A stretch of 16,487 bases of DNA from Octopus sinensis (lineage: Eukaryota). Every line of letters starts with the position of its first letter. The stretch's first letter is position 1. The stretch is from the NCBI RefSeq assembly GCF_006345805.1, contig NW_021825168.1:1-16487 (forward strand). The letters are read 5' to 3'. The notes under the pieces were generated by a model. The model did no database searches. It was not told where the DNA came from and saw only the letters and a list, made by a program, of their open reading frames with translations. Both the position numbers and the translations under genes were made by a program. Positions 9,786 through 16,487 of the stretch are shown in pieces.

Positions 9786-10084
9786 AATACAAAGATGAAT
9801 GATAAGAGAATTAGTGCCTGTTACATAGTGTCGGTGGCGATCTTGCAAATATTCACTTCATAACATCTTCTAACTTCCAATTTATTTCCCATAATGTTCG
9901 ATCGATTCCAAAATCGATTACTATAGTTTATATAAATATTTCTTGAAATTCCTCATTATCATTTCATATTAGCATCTGCTTATTCTCAAACTTTTTTTTT
10001 CTCTCGATGTTATTATAACTGTCTTTCGCTCTATGAATAAATACTTATGTAAGACAAATGTGTACGATTCTCTATTTCGAAGAT

Positions 10085-10330
10085 ATGCATGAATATTTAT
10101 GTATGAATACATGTATGCATGCATGCTTGTACGTACGTACGTACGTACGTACGTACGTACGTATGTATGTATGTATGTATGTATGTATGTATGTATGTAT
10201 GTATGTATGTATGTATGTATGCTTGTTTATATGTATGTATGATGTATCTATCTCTTTGTCACTCTCTTTATCTATCTATCAATCTCTCTCTCTCTCTCTC
10301 TATCTATCTATGTATCTGTCTGTCTATCAG

Positions 10331-10371
<41 letters not shown>

Positions 10372-10378
10372 ATGTCAG

Positions 10379-10428
<50 letters not shown>

Positions 10429-10430
10429 CA
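10085..10430. repeat. Compound microsatellite (ATGC)/(TACG)n/(TATG)n/(TC)n/(TCTA)n
   Basis: Read directly. Confidence 0.96.
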
Positions 10431-10708
10431 TTTTATTATAAGTTATTTAAAGCTCTATTTATCATTAAAGAACTCAGTTTTCTCTTTTTTGCGCGTCTCT
10501 TTCTTATCTGTACGTTTTCTTTCGCTTAAAGTTATCATATTAATTGAGAAAAAAATAAAGAAACTAGCATTTTCTTTTCAAACTAATTTTCATGTACGAC
10601 TGAGTGAATACCAAGAATAAAACGAATATACATACAGATATACATACATAGACACACACTCACACACACACATAAATATATATATATTACATATTATATA
10701 TGATATGT

Positions 10709-10783
10709 ATTGTATTACTTCATTAATGTATGGATATGTGTACGTGGTGTAGGTAAATGCTTGTCTATATATATATTATAATA

Positions 10784-10828
<45 letters not shown>

Positions 10829-10882
10829 TATATACACTTAAACAATCACATGCGTAAACATAAAAGCTCGCAAACATACAAG
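10709..10882 (+). repeat. Local direct repeat, copy 1 (two unique blocks around a (TA)n tract)
   Basis: ATTGTATTACTTCATT...CTTGTCTA and TATACACTTAAACA...GCAAACATACAAG both recur at 12003-12131. Confidence 0.88.
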
Positions 10883-11576
10883 CACATATAATATGCAACC
10901 AAAACACACACATTCATACATAGAACAGATATTTAAACAGAAGGCCATGTAGAGAGTTAGCAGCGAAAGCAGTGTTTTGGAAATGTTATCAACAGCGAAA
11001 CGCACACACGAACACAGGTGAATAAATTTCCAGGAGTTTCCACAAAGTATTTCTGCGTGCATGATCTTAACTGCTAGAGCACGCACGCTGAAACAGGAAA
11101 AAGAGAGAAAAAAGACCGTGTTGAGAGATGTGTGTATGGGGGCAGAACAAAAGCAAAATGAAGCAGAACACTAAAGTGTGATTTACGTCCGTTTTTTTTT
11201 CTTGTATGAATCCGCTGCAAGGCATACACTGAGGGCAACACAACGAAAACATAGTTTTTGGTAAACCACACAAACTCAAATAAATATCTTCGATTCTGTA
11301 ATGTCTTCGTGTCGTTTAGCAAAATGGAATTTTCTTTACAGCTTTTTGCTGTTATCTCTTAGCTATGTTCGATAGACGAAGTGCACTTTTTCAGGGATGG
11401 GCCTTGAATCTAGTTGTTACACCCGTGCGTATAAGAACATGACATCTTATTTACAATGAAATGCTTATAAAGGAAAAAAAAAGTTGTTTTCATCTTCGTA
11501 AATAAAAGAAGAAACGTTGAAAATCTTTCTCAATCTCTCTCACTTTGTATTACTTTTTCTCTCCCTCTCTTCCTCT

Positions 11577-11577
<1 letters not shown>

Positions 11578-11630
<53 letters not shown>

Positions 11631-11635
11631 GATAT

Positions 11636-11690
<55 letters not shown>

Positions 11691-11830
11691 TATAGATATA
11701 GATGTAATTGTATGTTTATATTAGTAATTATGTGGTGTGTGTGTAGATTATCTATTTACGTATGTATGTATGTGTATATTTGTATGCATCTGTATCTGTG
11801 TATCTATCTATACAAATATAAATACATGTG
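11578..11830. repeat. (TA)n, (GATA)n and mixed TG/TA tracts
   Basis: Read directly. Confidence 0.93.
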
Positions 11831-11966
11831 TGTTGTGTGCGGGTTGATATATATATATATATAATTTTAAATAATAAAAAGGAGGGTAAAATTTATTAAT
11901 GAATTAATTAATCAATAATTTAACCAATAGATCGGTTATTTTATAATAGATATATATATATATATA

Positions 11967-12002
<36 letters not shown>

Positions 12003-12007
<5 letters not shown>

Positions 12008-12131
12008 ATTACTTCATTCATGTATGGATGTGTAAGTGGGTGTAGGCACATACTTGTCTATTCACATATATATATATATACACTTAAACAGAGTCACATG
12101 CGCAAACATAAAAGCAACGCAAACATACAAG
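12003..12131 (+). repeat. Local direct repeat, copy 2 (shorter internal TA tract)
   Basis: Aligns with 10709-10882. Confidence 0.88.
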
Positions 12132-12267
12132 TTATATCGGTTATTGTATATATATATATATATATATAATTAAAAAATTGGGATATTTGAACGATTGGCC
12201 GAAAGTTGATAAAATATATATATGCCCAATTTTTACTAGTATTTTCCTTTTGTAAGTGTATTATGAA

Positions 12268-12276
12268 CATATATAT

Positions 12277-12323
<47 letters not shown>

Positions 12324-12366
12324 TATATAGAGACAGAGAGAGAGAGAAAGGACAGATAGATAGTAT

Positions 12367-12399
<33 letters not shown>

Positions 12400-12410
12400 C
12401 GATAGATAGC

Positions 12411-12447
<37 letters not shown>

Positions 12448-12570
12448 GGATAGATAGATACATACATACATACGTACATGCATGCATACATACATACATA
12501 CATACGTACGTACATATATACATACATACACACACACATACACACACATGAATATACACATATACATATT
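12268..12570. repeat. (TA)n/(GA)n/(GATA)n/(TACA)n compound microsatellite
   Basis: Read directly. Confidence 0.95.
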
Positions 12571-12891
12571 TACATAAATAAACGCTCAAAAATTTACTGT
12601 TTGAGAAGAAGAAAGATAGTATTTAAAATGTGATAAACAGATTTTAGTTTAAATATGCACAAATGCAGACGCACATATATAATATATCCATATAAATACG
12701 GAGGGGGAGAAAGTGAATGAGCGAGTAAGAAAGAGAGATTGTAGGAGAGAAAAGTCGAACGAATATATGTTGGAAACGATAAACACATTTAATAATATCT
12801 TTAAAATGGGGAAATTTGATCGATTTTACAATTTAGAAAATGAAAACATTGTAATAAATATACTGAAACAACATCTCATAATGATAATAAT

Positions 12892-13073
12892 GTTTTCTAC
12901 TATACGCACAAATCCTGAAATTTGGGGAGAGAGGGTTAGTCGATTAGGACTCCCAATGCAAAAATGGTTCTTATTATATTAATTCCAAAAGGAATGATTG
13001 GCAAAGTCGACCTCGGTCGCATTTGAACTCACGAAATGTCGCTAAGTATTCTATCTGGCTTTGCTAACGATTT
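12892..13073 (-). mobile_element. Old diverged SINE copy (tail B) lacking its 5'-most head
   Basis: Retains GAGTTCAAAT-CG-CCGAGGTCGACTTTGCC and a tail-B-like CCCCAAATTTCAGGATTTGTGC on the minus strand. Confidence 0.75.
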
Positions 13074-13076
13074 AAA

Positions 13077-13493
13077 TTCTTTACTACCCACAAGGGGCTA
13101 AACACAGAGAGGACAAACAAGGACAGACAAACGGATTAAGTCGATTATATCGACACCAGTGCGCAACTGGTACTTAATTTATCGACCTCCGAAAGGATGA
13201 AAGGCAAAGTCGACCTCGGCGGAATTCGAACTCAGAACGTAGCAGCAGACGAAATACCTATTTCTTTACTACCCACAAGGAGCTAAACACAAAGAGGACA
13301 AACAAGGACAGAAAAACAGATTAAGTCGATTATATCGACACCAGTGCGCAACTGGTACTTAATTTATCGACCCCGAAGGGATGAAAGGCAAAGTCGACCT
13401 CGGCGGAATTCGAACTCAGAACGTAGCAGCAGACGAAATGCCGCTACGTGTTTTTTTCCGGCGTTGATAATGAATCGGCCGGCATGCCACCTT
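13077..13493 (-). mobile_element. Dimeric SINE: head + two tandem ~185-bp tail-A modules
   Basis: Unit spacing is 185 bp (13079/13264; 13141/13326). The junction AAAGAAATA|GGTATTTC lies at 13259/13258. The head is diverged and ends near 13493. Confidence 0.92.
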
Positions 13494-13507
13494 AATAAAA
13501 AGTATTA

Positions 13508-13650
13508 ATAACCAGTAGTTAAGGCACTGATCATGATCACAAGATTGTGGTTTCGATTCTTGGTACGGGCAATACGCTTGTGTTTATGAGTAAAGCACTT
13601 CTTCGTTTCACGTTGCTTCAGTCCATTCAACTGGAATGGTGCTTGTCCAG
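13508..13650 (+). mobile_element. Diverged tRNA-head + CORE-like SINE fragment
   Basis: TAGTTAAGGCACTG...GTGGTTTCGATTC (A/B-box-like) is followed by TTGTGTTTATGAGTAAAGCACTT...GTTGCTTCAGTCCATTCAACTG, resembling a CORE-type domain. Confidence 0.6.
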
Positions 13651-14089
13651 GTACAAAATGTGTAGGTCACAGAAACCAGGAAACCGGCGACTCGGGAATG
13701 AACTATTGAACATAACTGCAATTAAAGCAATACCAACCAACGTCGAGAGAAAGAAGTATGTAACAGTGTCTCAGATTTATTGAACTCTGGAAAACGTACG
13801 TTCAAGTATTCCTGGAAGATACAACATCTCAATAACCATTAATGCATCGACAGTAGAAATCCACTTTAATAAATTCTGATAGATGGATATACGCAATTTC
13901 TTCGCAGAAAACTAAATACTTTTAAGGCTGCAGACACTTAACCAGAGAAACAAGGTTTTAAATTTGCATCAATTTACACCGTGCACCCATTCTACTCGCG
14001 AGATTCCATCAATCGATTTCTCTTTGTGATATCAGGTATAATGTAGAATATATAATGCGTTTATGGTATGTGCATGTAAGAATTCATGC

Positions 14090-14356
14090 GTATATACACA
14101 TGTTTGTATATATATATATATGTGTGTGTGTAGATATACATGTACGCACACAAACACATGTCTACAAAAATACATGCTTACACAGACACATATACACATA
14201 TATATCTATATAAATATGTACGTTTCTATATCTATGTGTACCTTTCCCTCTTTCTCTGTCTGTCTGTCTGTCTGTCTCTCTCTATGTATATATATATGTG
14301 TGTATATATATATGTATATATATATATATATATATGTATATATGTTCATACACACA

Positions 14357-14393
<37 letters not shown>

Positions 14394-14460
14394 GCATACA
14401 CACACATATATATATACGGACATTGCACACATACACAGACACACAGACACACACATATTT
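14090..14460. repeat. Mixed TA/CA/TG/(TCTG) low-complexity tract
   Basis: Read directly. Confidence 0.9.
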
Positions 14461-14624
14461 TACCTGGTTATTTGTATGTATCACTCCAATTTCTAAGCAA
14501 CCATAACGACGTACTTTCAAATTCTAAACGTAACTTATTTCCAAACGGTTTCACTAATTGAATAAGAACTTTTGTTTTCCTTCTATAACCGACAACATTT
14601 ATTCTTAAAATCACTCTCTAGGAT

Positions 14625-14715
14625 CACACACACACACACACATGCATGCACACGTACACACACACACTGGTATGTATATATATATATATATATATGTGTG
14701 TGTATATGTATATAT
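14625..14715. repeat. (CA)n/(TA)n tract
   Basis: Read directly. Confidence 0.9.
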
Positions 14716-14850
14716 TTTCATCTTATCATTCATGTAACTGCAGCCATGCTGGGACACCACTTAAAGCGGTTTAGTGGATTTTATCGATCCAACTATTATT
14801 TCCATATTACTTGATAAACCTTATTGTTTGAACGACTACGTTACGCCACG
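14716..14850 (-). mobile_element. Possible diverged fragment of an octopus SINE-like repeat
   Basis: ACTGCAGCCATGCTGGGACACCAC...TAGTGGATTTTATCGATCC resembles a recalled octopus repeat and the reverse complement of the GGGTCGAT...TCGACT motif. Confidence 0.4.
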
Positions 14851-14942
14851 TGAAGTGCAACGTCATGAAGTGCAACGTCATGTAGACCACAAAATTATTG
14901 AAACACAGAGACACACTGACACAGAAACACACCCATACATAT

Positions 14943-15365
14943 ATTAATAGTCAAGACTATTTAAGCATTAATAGTCAAGACTATTTAAGCATTCTATATG
15001 ATCAAATTCATCGCATGGTTGCGGAACTGTTTCTGGAGGGAAACGCAATCTTTCAGGATGATAATACAGCAATTCACACAGCTAAAGTTGTTACTGAATG
15101 GCACGAGGAACATTCTTGTGCAGTCGAACATCTTATCTAGCCACCACAGTCCCTTGATCTCAATATTATTGAACATTTATGGTGCATTTTAGAAAAACAA
15201 GTAAGGAGTCGATATCCTCCACCATCATCACTACAAGAACCGGAGACTGTTTTAGTTGAAGAATGGACAAATATCTCCTTGTAAACAATTCAAACTTTCT
15301 ACGAGTCCATACCTCATCGAATTCAAGCTATAATTACTGCCAAAGGCGGTCCTACCCCATATTAA
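14943..15365 (+). pseudogene. Tc1-family transposase C-terminal half, DD36E spacing, two in-frame stops
   Basis: One frame reads INSQDYLS-INSQDYLSILYDQIHRMVAELFLEGNAIFQDDNTAIHTAKVVTEWHEEHSCAVEHLI*PPQSLDLNIIEHLWCILEKQVRSRYPPPSSLQEPETVLVEEWTNISL*TIQTFYESIPHRIQAIITAKGGPTPY*. It contains the FQxDN, (W)PxxSxDLNxIE and AKGGPTxY motifs. Stops are at 15138-15140 (TAG at the conserved W) and 15282-15284. Confidence 0.92.
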
Positions 15366-15417
15366 AATAAATTTGCTTGAAAGTTTCAGGTGTTTCCATT
15401 ATTTTGTCCAACCCCTG
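14943..15417 (+). mobile_element. 5'-truncated Tc1/mariner DNA transposon relic with right TIR
   Basis: Transposase remnant, then AGGTGTTTCCATTATTTTGTCCAACCCCTG (15388-15417), a Tc1-type terminus (reverse complement CAGGGGTTGGACAAAATAATGGAAACACCT). The expected TA after the terminus reads TT. No left TIR seen. Confidence 0.9.
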
Positions 15418-15464
15418 TTTATGTTGTATATATATATATATATATATATTTATTATATAGAAGG

Positions 15465-15514
15465 AGCTTCTACGGACTAGAACTGTTTCATTCAAGAGAA
15501 ATCTTCAGGAAGCT
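15465..15514 (-). ncRNA. Type I hammerhead-like motif with exact core and 6-bp stem I
   Basis: Minus strand: AGCTTC-CTGAAGA-T.TTC(tctt)GAA.T-GAAA-CAGTTCTAGTCCG-T-A-GAAGCT. Stem I is perfect and the GUA triplet is in register. Stems II and III are imperfect. Confidence 0.6.
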
Positions 15515-15739
15515 AGTTAACAGAATTGTATTGGCATTTATACATTTAGGCAGGTTATAGGGGTGGTGGTGGGGGACTTTTTGGGGGTAGGCATAGCGCA
15601 AAAAAATCATACTGGGGGGAGTGGTCAAGGAGTCAGTGGTAAATTAGATGGAAGAATAAATAAAAGATAAAAAACAAGAATAAAATACAAAAATATATAG
15701 AAGAATAGAGTTTTAGGTAAAAAGGAAATTCTCAACACA

Positions 15740-15828
15740 CACACATAGACATACAAACATACATACAACCACACCCATATATATATATATATTATATATA
15801 TACACACACACATATACATACATATATC

Positions 15829-15866
<38 letters not shown>

Positions 15867-16265
15867 CATACATACATATATACATGCATATACATATACA
15901 CACACAACATGTTATATACACACACACGACCACACATACACATACACACAAAAAATATACATACACACAACATACACATACATACATACACACACATATC
16001 CACATACACACATGCCACACAAACACACAAGTCCCTATATACTCATATATACATATACACATATATGTATGCATACACACACACACATTGTATATATATA
16101 CATACATATATATATATCTATAATATATATAATATACTACATATGTGTACCTATCCACACACATATATATGTACGTATACACACACACACATATACACAT
16201 ACATACCCGCACATACATACATATGTGTACCTATTCATACCTATGCATACACACATATTACATAC
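15740..16265. repeat. Long mixed (CA)/(TA)/(TACA) low-complexity tract
   Basis: Read directly. Confidence 0.93.
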
Positions 16266-16379
16266 AATTACAAACCCATTCCCTAATTTTAATTTTATTA
16301 TCTTCATTTATTACCTGTTATCTTTGACCGCTGGTCACAAACATCTTGGCTAGTCCTTTTATCTTTCTACTTGAGCACA

Positions 16380-16487
16380 AGCACTCACTCACGCACGCAC
16401 ACTCATTAGGACGCACACACACTCTCATTCGTACACTCATACACATACACGCACGCACGCGTTATATTCATACATACATACATCTAC
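16380..16487. repeat. (CA)/(CACG)/(CACT) low-complexity tract
   Basis: Read directly. Confidence 0.85.

Noticed and set aside
10085-12570. Compound microsatellites at 10085-10430 and 12355-12530 with similar motif sets on opposite strands, as a possible large inverted repeat
   Set aside because: No unique flanking sequence is shared in inverted orientation. One-step motif changes (TACG-TATG, TCTA) arise convergently.
13077-13445. CRISPR-like array or satellite
   Set aside because: Only two ~185-bp units with no spacers, fully explained as SINE modules in a eukaryotic context.
15491-15499. TTCAAGAGA, the common shRNA vector loop
   Set aside because: No flanking 19-21-bp inverted arms. It coincides with stem II of the hammerhead motif and is not vector contamination.
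157-16353. Most ORF-track entries (YI/HT/CV/LSIY-rich peptides)
   Set aside because: They are translations of (TA)n, (CA)n and (TCTA)n arrays, which lack stops in some frames. There is no domain signal.

Overview
AT-rich, microsatellite-dense eukaryotic non-coding DNA (intron or intergenic). The SINE families and simple-repeat load suggest an octopod cephalopod (Octopus); this is inferred from recalled family sequences, not a search. No protein-coding gene can be supported, and almost all ORF-track entries are translations of simple repeats. Recognisable content: (1) several copies of a modular tRNA-headed SINE, as monomers and dimers, some with target-site duplications; (2) two other tRNA/CORE-type SINE copies; (3) the 3' end of a decayed Tc1/mariner transposon with DD36E spacing and a right TIR; (4) four minus-strand motifs with type I hammerhead ribozyme architecture, three of the minimal kind known from Penelope-like elements (PLEs). 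The most striking locus is 8424-8944: an inverted pair of a repeat that joins a PLE-like ORF C-terminus, a tRNA-like Pol III promoter and a hammerhead motif.
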